A stretch of 64,000 bases of DNA from NCBI GenBank assembly GCA_000004985.1, contig GG738875.1, one strand, 5' to 3'. Source of the stretch: Naegleria gruberi (taxonomy: Eukaryota). Below, piece by piece: positions 10,971 to 22,000 of the stretch. A program made the position numbers and the translations under genes. Every line of letters starts with the position of its first letter. The first letter of the stretch is position 1. Under the pieces are notes generated by a model. The model saw nothing but the letters and a program-made list of their open reading frames with translations. It ran no database searches and was not told the origin of the DNA.

Positions 10971-12117
10971 TTATTTATGATGAATATGAATTTCTGTTCG
11001 GGTTGAATTGAAATATTGCTGAGCAGATGAAAAACCCTTATCAATCATATCACTAATTTCCTTAGCATTAAATCCGATGAAGTAACCTGGAAGCCAATGT
11101 TTAGGTAGGAAGGCTCTTATTTGCACATTTGGATCGTCCTTGTAAATTAATCGAGCATTTTCCAAATCTCTCAACAAGATATCCATTGCAGAGTTATAAA
11201 TTGTTTCTAATAGAATGAAAGGTGTGGTATTGAATTCGAATAATTTCGGATAAGGAACTGAATTGATAGCTAGAATCACATCAATTGTAATCCTACCCTG
11301 AACCTTTTCATGGGGAGACAATCTGTCTCCATTGGATTTTAATGAAGTGTAATTATTGTAAACTTTCCTAGTGAGATTCTTACACTTTTCAATGGCATCA
11401 CTTATTGGAGTCATGTATTTCATTCCACCATCAACGTACAACTCTCCATCAATATCAACAGCTGGGAATATTCCAGGAATAGCTGAGGATGCAACAATTG
11501 CTCGAATCAAATCCTTTTTCGTTTTGACATTGTCATTAGTAAAGACACGATATGAGAATTTTCTAAGATTTGAGGCACCAATTCGCCAATATCTATTCGA
11601 AGTTGGAATTGGGGATGTGTGGAGAAGTGTGGAATCATTAATGTTTTGATATAGATATTGGTAGAGAGGAGCAGTGTTGAATAGTCCTGATTCGTATAGG
11701 AAACCTTGTGCTAATCCGAATGGTTTCCACTCTGTGTATACATCTGAGGATTTGATGGAATGCCACTTGTCCAGAATGAATTGAATGGCATCTTTCTCTT
11801 TTCCTATTGGAAATTGAGCGAAAGAAAGAGCATTAATTGAACCACATGAATTTCCAGTTACTACATTATACTGAGTTTCTTCTTTCGGCCTATTTTCTAC
11901 CAAATATTTCAAAACACCAACTGTTTGCATTTTCCATGCATCAGAATAGATTCGAATAAGTTTAAATTGTAAAATTTAGACAATGCTTACTCTCAAACGA
12001 TCCTCTATCACCTCCTGATCCCAATGCAATTGCTCTACAATGATCCAAAACTTGAGAATGGGACACATTTATCAATAGAACCAAAAACACAACAAGTAAT
12101 GGAATTAATCTTTGCAT
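10971..12117 (-). CDS. Patatin-like phospholipase; join(10971..11921,11991..12117), intron 69 nt
   Basis: Exon 1 encodes the signal peptide and the oxyanion-hole GGxRG motif (ALGSGGDRGSFE). Exon 2 encodes the GxSxG nucleophile elbow (GNSCG) and the catalytic DGG (ELYVDGGM). Confidence 0.6.
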
Positions 12118-12463
12118 TTTTTTGATTTTTTCATCAAGAGAGCAACTTTCTTAATTTGAACAATTTCCAATAATGAAACTTGTGATATTAAGAATTTGAG
12201 AAATGTGAAGATCAGAAACAATGGATCTATTTTACAACAATAATTGCTCTTTGTTATTCGGTTCCTGTTGACAATCCTAGATTTCTATAGAAATGAAAAT
12301 TTCTCGACATGCATTTCGGATATTTATTTTTTATTATTTTGAAAACAATCAAAATAGTTAATAGTTAATTCATTGTAAACTCAACAATTAAAAATTCACC
12401 AAATTTAGTCAATTGAAAATTTCCTAATTGACCAAAAAGTTCTTTGAAAACAACACCAAAAAA

Positions 12464-13304
12464 ATGTCATCACCAGAACCTATCCTCCACATCAAACCAA
12501 ACCTTCTCCAAGAGAGCGAAGCCTTTTCCTCCAAATTATATTCGCATCCAAACGAACGTGAATTATTTTCCTATTTTTCAATCATGAGGAAATGTGCACA
12601 GAAATCTCATCACCTGAATATTAAACAATTTGATAGGGATTTAGTTAAAGAAGGACAATCAAAGTATCCACACGCTATGGAGGAGATTTTTGAGAGTGTT
12701 TGTGTTGGTAAGTTTCTGCATTGAAATAGTTTGGAATAGTTTGGAAGTGAATGAATTATTGGAAAGTGTTCCTTGTATTGGAAAGAAGTATCCGAGTGTT
12801 TTGGATGAAAGTGTGGACGAGAGAAGAGCTGAATTTCTTCAGGATTTGAAATCTTGTGCAGAGTTTAAAACAGCTGCCGATAACAAGTTTAAATTAGTTT
12901 CGAATGATGAAGTTTTAACAAGAAATAATCATCTCGTGCAGAAATATGATCAAATGCTGGAACAAAACGGATCCATTACAAGATTTCCAACACTATACAG
13001 TCATTTACAACATTCTTCCACTACTGTAGATCACTCAACAACAGTTGATCAACTTGTGAAAAAGCTCAACATTGAAGAACCAGTGAAGGAAGTTGCTAAG
13101 GATTTGCATTCATCAAGTCCTAACATGGTTTCTCTCATCTACAATTTATCAACTGCATTCTGTAGAGAACAAATCTTGGATTGTATCAAGAGAAGTTCTG
13201 CAAAATCATTGGATCAGGCATCATTTGTCAATTTGAGTACTTGCTTGGGAGGATCCTGCACTGCAAAAGTATTGGAATATTTGAGTGAAAAATCTCGTGA
13301 GTAA
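12464..13304 (+). CDS. Hypothetical protein. Two ORFs (12464..12724 and 12690..13304) are probably one gene, joined either by a 22-nt GTAAGT..AG element (12708..12729) or by a frameshift
   Basis: The downstream frame is open with no ATG for ~100 codons. The only in-frame splice pair gives a 22-nt intron, which is unusually short. No domain was recognised. Confidence 0.3.
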
Positions 13305-13368
13305 ATCTCTAATTGAGCATTTAATTGGATTCATGTCGAATTTATTGAACTGTCGGAAATGTTTCGAA

Positions 13369-13833
13369 TTATTTTACTACATCCGCTACTTCATAACTTG
13401 ATATGTAACTCTCTTGAACTTTCCTTCTTGCCATTTTGCAATAATCATTTGCTTGTTCCAATTTATAATAATTTTCACAATATTTACTTCCACTTTCATT
13501 TCTTTGTAATTTGTAATTTTCTAATTGAGTTGGAAATTGTTCAAAATCAATCTTGACAACAGACATGGCTTTTCCCATGATAGAAGATAGTTTTAATTGG
13601 AATATCTTATAGTAATTGACAAATAATTGATTATTACTTTTCATTTCCTGATAGAGAGGTTTTGAAATTAGAAATAATTTTGGTATTTCATAAAGTGGAA
13701 GAAATGACATGGTGTGAACTTGTATTTCTATTGGAATTTGTTTTGGAAAGTTTGCTAGTGTTGGTGGCAGTTTGTCACTGATAATTGTTTGCTCTGGTGA
13801 GCGAGTTGGTTCCTTCTTATTTGTATTTCCCAT
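13369..13833 (-). CDS. Small F-box-like protein (154 aa); paralog of 24426..24896
   Basis: MGN.. N-terminus followed by an F-box-like motif (IPIEIQVHTMSFLPLYEIPKLFLISKPL). Shares a conserved core (PIEI..TFS..P...PKL.LI.KPL...FV.YYK.F) with the gene at 24426. Confidence 0.4.
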   Translation of the reverse strand: MGNTNKKEPTRSPEQTIISDKLPPTLANFPKQIPIEIQVHTMSFLPLYEIPKLFLISKPLYQEMKSNNQLFVNYYKIFQLKLSSIMGKAMSVVKIDFEQFPTQLENYKLQRNESGSKYCENYYKLEQANDYCKMARRKVQESYISSYEVADVVK

Positions 13834-14205
13834 TTTTTTTAGTTATTTTTATTCGAAATGTCATATCGGTTCGGCAGGCCTGAGAACTTGAGATGAAATA
13901 GGTAACTTTGCTAATATTTACACAGCCATTAACTCTCTTTCCTTTGGGAGTTCTTTCTAGCAACAGATAACTGAAACAATGCCAACCACAATAACCGGAG
14001 TCTCAGTATATGTGGTGAGTGGTTGTCTTCTCAATTAAAACCAACGATGAAACTGAACTGGAATAGTTCCCAATTATGCTTGAATTTGAATAAACAATGG
14101 ACCAATTTCAGATTTCTTTCTTCGAGTAATTATTTTGGAGTGTTTTTCCACTCTTTACTTGAAAATAAATAGTTACCATTCCATCGCATTGTAACATTAA
14201 AAAAA

Positions 14206-15336
14206 ATGTCTCAACAACCAGAAATGAATCACACAACTTGGTTTGATCAAGATTTGCTGTTGGCCAATGTGTTTCTCTATTTACATCCGTATGAATTATT
14301 TAATAATTCTATTAAATCATCTACATGTAGAAATGTTTGCCGATCATGGAACGGTTTAATTTGTGGTGAAGAATTTTGTAAATTTTATTTTGAAAACTCG
14401 TTTTGTTGTTATTCGTCCGAACCTTTTATTAATAAGTTAAATTGTAATCAATTGTTTGATACTTTAGATGGTGCACAATTTAATTGTTTTATGGATGAGG
14501 ATGATGATGATGAAGAGAGAGAATTAGTTGACCTTGGGGATGATGATGAGGATGAGGATGATATTCAAGAGGAGTTTAAGCCTATTAATAATTTAACAGT
14601 TCAAGAATCTATTAAACAATTTGAACATGAGGCAATTACTAAAATTGGATATGAATTCAATAATTTAAATTGGAAAAATAATTTCTACAAACGATTTCTA
14701 ACACTAATTGCATATTTAAAAGATATTGATTCTGCAATTTGGGGTGTAACTGAATCGTTATTAAAACCATTAGATGATTCAAAAGTATTTAAATTAAATA
14801 ATTTATTGAAAAAGTGGAAATTATCAAAATTATTATCCAGTAATATATTTGAAATCAATGAAAAGACAATATTATTTTTTAATGATGATGGAATACCATA
14901 TGTATTAAGATCCATTCGTAAAAGATTAATTCTTGACAATACTGAGATTATGAAAAATATTAAATTTGGATTTGACAAGGAAAGGATCACTAAAGTCCTT
15001 CCACAACTTGACAATCAACAAGACCAACAAGTGTTGTGTGATGTAATGTGTGGATTATTTCCAAGCTTAGTAGAACAAAAGAAGAAACTGCTAATTAAAA
15101 GGCCACCATCAGCATATATTATATTTGTAAAGAGAGCAAGAGAAAAAATTACACAAGAAAATCCTACAATGACTGTTATGGAAATTTCTAAAAAAATGGC
15201 ATACATTTGGAAAGATATGAATGGTGATGACAAGCAATTTTATGTAGAACAAGCAATTCAAGAAAAATTGAAATATCAAAAACAAAAAGAAGAATTCGTA
15301 TATTGTATTAGTGGATTAGATGAAAATGTTAATTAA
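14206..15336 (+). CDS. F-box-like + acidic tract + C-terminal HMG-box protein (376 aa)
   Basis: N-terminal F-box-like segment (LLLANVFLYLHPYELF...CRNVCRSWNGLI). Asp/Glu run in the middle. C-terminal HMG box (PPSAYIIFVKRAREKITQENPTMTVMEISKKMAYIWKDM..DKQFYVEQAIQEKLKYQ). Confidence 0.5.
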   Translation: MSQQPEMNHTTWFDQDLLLANVFLYLHPYELFNNSIKSSTCRNVCRSWNGLICGEEFCKFYFENSFCCYSSEPFINKLNCNQLFDTLDGAQFNCFMDEDDDDEERELVDLGDDDEDEDDIQEEFKPINNLTVQESIKQFEHEAITKIGYEFNNLNWKNNFYKRFLTLIAYLKDIDSAIWGVTESLLKPLDDSKVFKLNNLLKKWKLSKLLSSNIFEINEKTILFFNDDGIPYVLRSIRKRLILDNTEIMKNIKFGFDKERITKVLPQLDNQQDQQVLCDVMCGLFPSLVEQKKKLLIKRPPSAYIIFVKRAREKITQENPTMTVMEISKKMAYIWKDMNGDDKQFYVEQAIQEKLKYQKQKEEFVYCISGLDENVN

Positions 15337-15696
15337 CAAGAGGATGGCAAGAATTAACATTGAGGGATCAATAATTAATAAATGGATTTCATTCATCAAC
15401 AGATTCTTTTGGAGTGGTTTTTAGAACTATTTACGACTATTGTGATTGATTAGATTGTTCAATCAATTCTCAAACATTGATAAGGATTTTGTAATATTTC
15501 TAAATTGAAATTGCATATTTATGGTTGGGATGATTATCTGTTAGAAGGATGGCTCTCTGATACAGTGGAATAGTTTTGAGTATTTGATTTTTTTTTTCTT
15601 GTTTTACATTGTACAATTTTGGCAAATGATTAAGGCTATTCCTATTCGTCTCACTACTTTTTCGTTATTTTTTATTCTTTCAATATTAGCTAAAGT

Positions 15697-16686
15697 TCAA
15701 ATATTTTGATCTCCAAAACGAGAGGGTAATACCTTAACTCCAATTTTTGCAATCTTCTTACTCACATAATTTTCTCCTTCCTCAACAAGTAATCGTTCTC
15801 CATTGTAAATAACTTCATTGTAAGGAAGATAGGTAGCCCTACTCAAATAAAGTGAAATACTGTGTGCACTGTGAATGAAATGAGATCCCTTTTCAAAGAC
15901 AATATAGAGTTGGACAAATAATTCGAATAGTTCCATGACGAATGTTTGTGTTGGTGTTTCATCATGATCATGATCATTTCTATAAATTTAATTGGTAGAT
16001 TGTTATATTCATGTACAATAAATATTGGAAACTTTACCTTTGATAGGCCTTAACTAAGAATACAAAGTGAACCAACACAATAATTACTGAATATAATACA
16101 TAGGTAAAGTAAATTCCACCCTCAACCCAATTTAGCTTTGTATTGAGAGGTTTCTTCATTTTCAGAGAAACCAACTCTTTAATATATCGAGCTGTGAACA
16201 AGATGAGAAGAATGGCCATATAAGAATAGGAAAATACTTTGAGAACAACTTGAAAATCAATCTCACTCTGAGGCATTCCCTCATAGGAGTGAACTGTTCT
16301 ATTCGCTTGCATGTACGTAATTGTCACAACCTTAATCAACAAGAATGGTCCATCATGGTCGGAGAATTTTCAAAGAGAATTAGAGTTAAATGGCAGATCA
16401 CACTTACCTTCATCATTGTGTAGAGATACATATTTAATCGACGATTACCGAGTGAGTATTTGAAAATCTTGCCCAGAATATCCTTCACCTGTTGAAATCT
16501 ATTTGTGTGATCATGTTGATCCGAAATGGGCAAATCATGATATTCCAATGTATCTGTTGAACCACTTCTTTCCCTTTGCTGCCTTATTGAATGGTTCTCA
16601 CCCTCTTCCAGAGGTACTTCCCCTCTCATGGAGGAGGCATTGAATGGTACATTCATTTGACTATGATAATATTCATGGGTCGTCAT
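15697..16686 (-). CDS. Predicted multi-pass membrane protein; 3 exons join(15697..15979,16038..16330,16408..16686), introns 58 and 77 nt
   Basis: Three listed ORFs join in frame through GTAAGT/GTAAAG..AG introns. Hydrophilic N-terminus, then two or more TM helices (ILLILFTARYI; IYFTYVLYSVIIVLVHFVFLV). No family assigned. Confidence 0.45.
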
Positions 16687-16850
16687 ATTTTTTAATATTT
16701 TGTTTATAAATTAGGTAGAATGTTAAAATTATGTTAATTTTCAATAGAAAGTGTTGGAGGATGAGTGTTTAATCCACATATTTTACCTTAATTCCCATTA
16801 CTATAACATAATAATTAACATAATTGTGATCCGAGAGCTCGAGTGAAAAT

Positions 16851-18701
16851 TTAGAAACCACCTTGATTTCCAAAGACTTGTTGAATTTGAGTATTGTAGG
16901 AATTGATTGGTCCAATCCATTGTGGCTTGTTGATGGTGAGCCAATCCCATATAATACCAGCTTCAATCTTATCAGCAAAATTAATACTAGTGTGGAAACC
17001 ATCGAAAGCTTCAATCAACAAGTATGGTGGAATGTTATTCTTTGCACAATAGTCAAGCATCTTATCGAGTGGGAAATCCATGTAACCCAATTCAATATTT
17101 TGCAATTTGACAGTTTCAGAAACCTTTTTAGCAACCATGGATAAATCTTGAGCTCTTTGTGAGGCAGCATTTCTACGAGTGGCATTGGATGTGAGCCATG
17201 TTGGACATGGATTAGCACCAGAGCAAGAAAGGAAGTTATAGAGACCTTCATAAGTACAACCCAATGGGTGAGTTCTGTTGTGCATTTGATTGAACAAGAT
17301 TCTACCATCAACCAATCCCATCAATAATAATTTGCTGTTTGGTGGAGATCTCTTATCGAGAACATTCAAACCACTAATAAGTCTTTCATAATATTGATCT
17401 GTAGTGGTCATTTCACTCAATTCATCCTTACAGACATCATTACCAATATAAGCCAAAAATCCAAGATATGGCAATGAATTTGGAGTCATGGAAAGTCCAG
17501 GAATTTGATCACTCAAAAAGTTTTCAATCTTACCACCATTGTGGCCAACATTTTGATATTGTCTATGCATACACAAGTTACGTTGTCTCATTCTCAAATA
17601 GACAGAACCATCATCACCAATCAAGGAAGAATTCCAACCAGTTGACCAACACTTTTGTGGCCAATCAAATTCATCTTCCAAAACAAATCCTAAATCAGAC
17701 ATGTTATCAACATCCAACCATTCAGGTGGAACGTGGAAACCACTTGAAGCACTATCACCAAACATGATAACTTGTCTAGTAGTAACATTACAGTACAAAC
17801 TTTCATAGGACTCGCCAGTCTTTGGTTCAGTTCCATAAACTCCATTACAGTTCATATCTCTGTTATTTTGATTGTTATCATAGATACCTGGCTTGATTCC
17901 AGGATTCTTGTCATCACAATCCATACCTCTCCAATCAGCATTTCTAAGCAACATGTGACTGCCAGGGAACAAGTCGTGATCATCATCACCAGCTGTTGGA
18001 ACAACAGGTTGACCTCTCACATTCAAACCACCAGCTTTAGCAGGTGCCATCTTTTTCTTTAACAAGACCAAAGAAACAATCCAAGCTCTCAAAAGGGCAA
18101 CAACTTGTGCCTTCTTTTCCTTTTGTAATTGAGCAGCATCCTTGTTATTTTCCTTTTGAGCTAACTTTTCAAATTTGGCAGTGACCATATCCTTGACAAG
18201 TTGATTCATCATTTCCTTGTTCTTTGTAAGTGCTGGAAGTTGGAGAGCATTCAATTGTGCCAAAACTTCACCCAATTCTCTCTTTGCATTTTCAGCATAT
18301 TCAACACTGTATTTTCCAGTGAGTGTGCTATTATCCAATCTACATCCATTACAACTGGCAAATTTCATAGCGACACAAATTTCAGTTGCAGGATAATCCT
18401 TCAACAACATATTTACAATCACATCAAGAGCTCCCTTGACCAACAAGTCACAAACCAACTTGTATTTCGAATAGTGTTCAGGAATGGCATCACAAATCTT
18501 TTCAGCAAACAAGTCGAGTCTTGGATTTTCCTTATGGATTTCATTTTCAACCATTGTCAACAAGACATTGCAAATGGTACAATCAAAATTGTTTGCCCTC
18601 AGTTTATCAGCAGCTTCCGAACTGATTTTAACATTTCCAAAACCTGCAACTTGATGATATGAAATGACAAGAATCATCATGATCATTGCCAAAATACACA
18701 T
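16851..18701 (-). CDS. Acyloxyacyl hydrolase-like protein: signal peptide + saposin-B-type domain + GDSL-family lipase domain (616 aa)
   Basis: Six-Cys saposin pattern (CTICNVLL...ICDAIP...CDLLV...CVAMKFASC) followed by a GDSx lipase block (VIMFGDSASSGFH). This is the AOAH domain order. Confidence 0.55.
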   Translation of the reverse strand: MCILAMIMMILVISYHQVAGFGNVKISSEAADKLRANNFDCTICNVLLTMVENEIHKENPRLDLFAEKICDAIPEHYSKYKLVCDLLVKGALDVIVNMLLKDYPATEICVAMKFASCNGCRLDNSTLTGKYSVEYAENAKRELGEVLAQLNALQLPALTKNKEMMNQLVKDMVTAKFEKLAQKENNKDAAQLQKEKKAQVVALLRAWIVSLVLLKKKMAPAKAGGLNVRGQPVVPTAGDDDHDLFPGSHMLLRNADWRGMDCDDKNPGIKPGIYDNNQNNRDMNCNGVYGTEPKTGESYESLYCNVTTRQVIMFGDSASSGFHVPPEWLDVDNMSDLGFVLEDEFDWPQKCWSTGWNSSLIGDDGSVYLRMRQRNLCMHRQYQNVGHNGGKIENFLSDQIPGLSMTPNSLPYLGFLAYIGNDVCKDELSEMTTTDQYYERLISGLNVLDKRSPPNSKLLLMGLVDGRILFNQMHNRTHPLGCTYEGLYNFLSCSGANPCPTWLTSNATRRNAASQRAQDLSMVAKKVSETVKLQNIELGYMDFPLDKMLDYCAKNNIPPYLLIEAFDGFHTSINFADKIEAGIIWDWLTINKPQWIGPINSYNTQIQQVFGNQGGF

Positions 18702-19034
18702 TCTTCCCCATCCTATAGTAGTAATGCATTTTCCACAGTAACAATAATAATATCATCATGTTTAAATATTTCATCAAATGAAATTTCATAAAGATAACAA
18801 GAAATATAAAATCATTTTGTGTGGTTGGAAGAATATGAACCAAGCTGTTGAAAACACAATTACTTACTCGATGATGATGTTCGCTGTTGTTGTAGAGACA
18901 TTTTTTTCAGCTTGGTGAAAGGCTTATCCACAACAAGAATCGCCCTTTGTGATTCTTCAACAATCTATGAAGAGTTACAGTTTACTAGATTTTGAGATAT
19001 ATTGGAATAGATATTTATATTTTGCATCCATATT

Positions 19035-22000
19035 TTACATGACAAGGCAGTTCAATAATCCTTGCCTTTGAGGTGGCTGTGGTTGCGGATTGTTTGGTTG
19101 TGGTTGCTGTAGTTGTTGTGGTTGTGGAGGAATAATGAGAGGCCTTATTCTGGCTGGCACTGGTTGAGGGTTTGGTTGCGGAATTAATTGAAGAGGTATT
19201 TGATTATTCACAGGAGGATTTACTTGTCTTGGACGAATAATTTCAGGAGGAACATCAAAAGTAAGGCAAGAACCAGCTCTAAAATGTGCATAAGTTGCTT
19301 GTCCTGTTGCAAATCCTTTCAAACATAACCAACAAAAATGTTGTCCGCAATAACAACAAGCTAAAATAAGTGAACAAGTGAGCTCACTAATAAATAGATT
19401 CAAAAACTTACTCATATGATTGCATCCTTCACTCTTTTCAATTCGTTGGGAACAACTTGGGCATGGCTTTGTTTTGGTATTCATCCACTCTCTTGTTTTG
19501 TCCTCGTCTCCACATTTTTGTCCCTTGTGTGATTTCTTTTCACATTCCTTACAAAAACTCAAGTTACAGGTTTGGCAAATAATGTCTGAACCATCAATTC
19601 GACAAACAGATCCACAATTTTTTGGGCAATACTTGTATGATTCTGGATTTTCTAGCAAAAAGTCCTCTAATGCTTTTGTATATGTCTTCTCTTGTTTGGT
19701 TTCGAGGTACATCAATATTTCAGAAATGGATAAATCCATTTCACAACATGAACAAACAAAGCTATTTGGATTTTGAATTTGAAAACGAAAACAATCTTTG
19801 CAAATCTCGTGGTTACATCCTATTGTTCTGAAAGGATTTGTCATTCTCTCAAAACAAATTGGGCAATCGTCATCAGTGTGTTCAACGTTATGGTTTTGTT
19901 CATAATTTTCCATCAATTCAGTCACATATTGTTGAATAGCATGTTGGTCCTTTTCGTTACCATCCACTATTAATTCCTTGGTTTTGACATTTAAAGAAAT
20001 ATCACAATTAGCAAACTGTGTTTTAAGCTCTTGGAATGGTTTTCCTGCATTTCCTGTTATGGATTTTAAATATTTGAGATGAATCGTTAAAGTTTTAGAG
20101 TGACCTTCCACAAGCTGCATGATTTCCTCTTTGGCGTTGTGTTTGTCATCAATCAATCCAAAAATTTCTATTGTTCTGGTCTTGGAGTTTATAGAAATAA
20201 ATACTTGATTCCTGTTTTCAATTTGGTCAAGTTGCTTTCTTTTTCTAGAAGCGTATTGGATTGTTTGATGAGTGAGGTGTAATGATAATGGCTTCACAAG
20301 GGCAACAACATTCTTTTTGGCTTCATTAAAATCTTCCAGGTTAGCAGATTGAATCGAAATTTCAGTTTTGTAATTTTCTGCATTTTTGCGCGAAGTATTA
20401 TATTTGATTTTTGCCTTACAGTTATCAATCAAGCATTGTAATTCAAATTTCAAAAGTTCAGTTACTTCTGTTGGTACTGTAACTGAATCTCTGTGAATAG
20501 AATTGGCCCATAAAATTGCTCCCATAAATTTTGTGGAATTTAGAGCTTGTGCAGCGCTTTTAGCATCTTTTTGATCAGTAAAACAAACCAAAGCTTCTCC
20601 AAATTGTTTATACGTATCTATATTCAAAATGTCCAGAAATTCAAGACTCTGGAATGATTGAACTTTAGAAAGTAATACTCCTTGGATTAAATCATTCTCT
20701 ACTACAACTGGACGTCTTAGAATAGAGACGAAATGATAATCAATATGTCTATTATCCAGTAATACTTTAACAAATTTTGCATCGATATGGTCGTAAATAT
20801 TGCGTATCTCAAGAGTGTCCTTGTTCTTCGTTTTTTTAATCTGGAATCTGAGTCCAGCTGGTCCTAATTGTGATGAAAATATTCTATCATGCGTAATATT
20901 ATTAATAGTGGCAGAATTATTCCCATTTTTAAAACCAATCAAGCAATATCCGTTATTTGGGCCTATATTCCATTTTAATCGAACCAACGCAGATTCATTA
21001 CTACTTTTGGTGTTAAATAGAACAGGAGTTAATTTGTAAGTTTCTTTGAATTTGTGATAAACTGTAGTTGCAACAGAAAAGTTTGTAAATACTACGTAGC
21101 CACTAGCAAATGAATCATTAGGTAAAGAGGAATAAACACGTGCATCAAGTGTATGGTATGGTAGAAACAAGTTTCTTAAAGTATCGTCATCACAACCTAA
21201 TGGTAGATTATCGACCTGAAGTTTAGTAAACTCGTTTGGGAATATTAATCCTTTCACTTTACAACCACTTGATACCATGATTCGTAATCCACTCGAATCA
21301 TCATCCAATCCATTTTCAATTTCCAATTCTAAAATTTGAGATAAAGCCCTCTTTTTTGCTATTTCTATTACTTCCTTAATTTGAGAAATAATGTTAAATC
21401 TTTCGCCTTGATCACAGTAGACCTTAATTGAAGAATCTGTTGAATCAATTTCTATTACATGCCCTAACTGTCTTTCAACTTCTTCAATGAATTCTGTGTT
21501 TCTAAATTTTAAATCTTCACTAACTATTGAAGGTAATTTCACTCTGAGTTCTTCTTTAACTTTACTGACAATCATATTGGTTTCTAGTTGTGGATAAAAA
21601 TGAAGTATTTCCTTCAAATCAATTGGTGTAATATTCCTCATATAGAGCTTGTCAGTTCTAACTAGATCTGAAAATAGTATGAAAGGTTTAGGATCTCCCA
21701 AAAATTGATGAGATGAGTTATGTATAAATGCTCGTTGCTTTAGAGAGGGAATGTAATACACTTTTGTCATATTTGGCAAATATCCGTCAAAATAGGCAAG
21801 GTTTTGATATTGGCTTTCAATTATACTTTCTTTCAAAAGTTGTTCTTTTGAAATACATTCCTTTCTAATTATTCTTTTCTTTTTAAAGAAATTGATTTTG
21901 TTCTTAAAATCCTTCAAGTTCATTTCAGCATTCTTTAGGTATTGAACATTAATATTATTTTTTAAGGACCATTCCTCTTTGTTGGACTGTTGTGAATACT

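Noticed and set aside
19362-19421. Odd hydrophobic insertion SKFLNLFISELTCSLILACC inside the RING2 finger of the helicase-RBR protein
   Set aside because: It is an in-frame 60-nt GTAAGT..AG intron read through by the six-frame track. Removing it restores the canonical GCNHMTC..CG..FCW.C RING2 motif.
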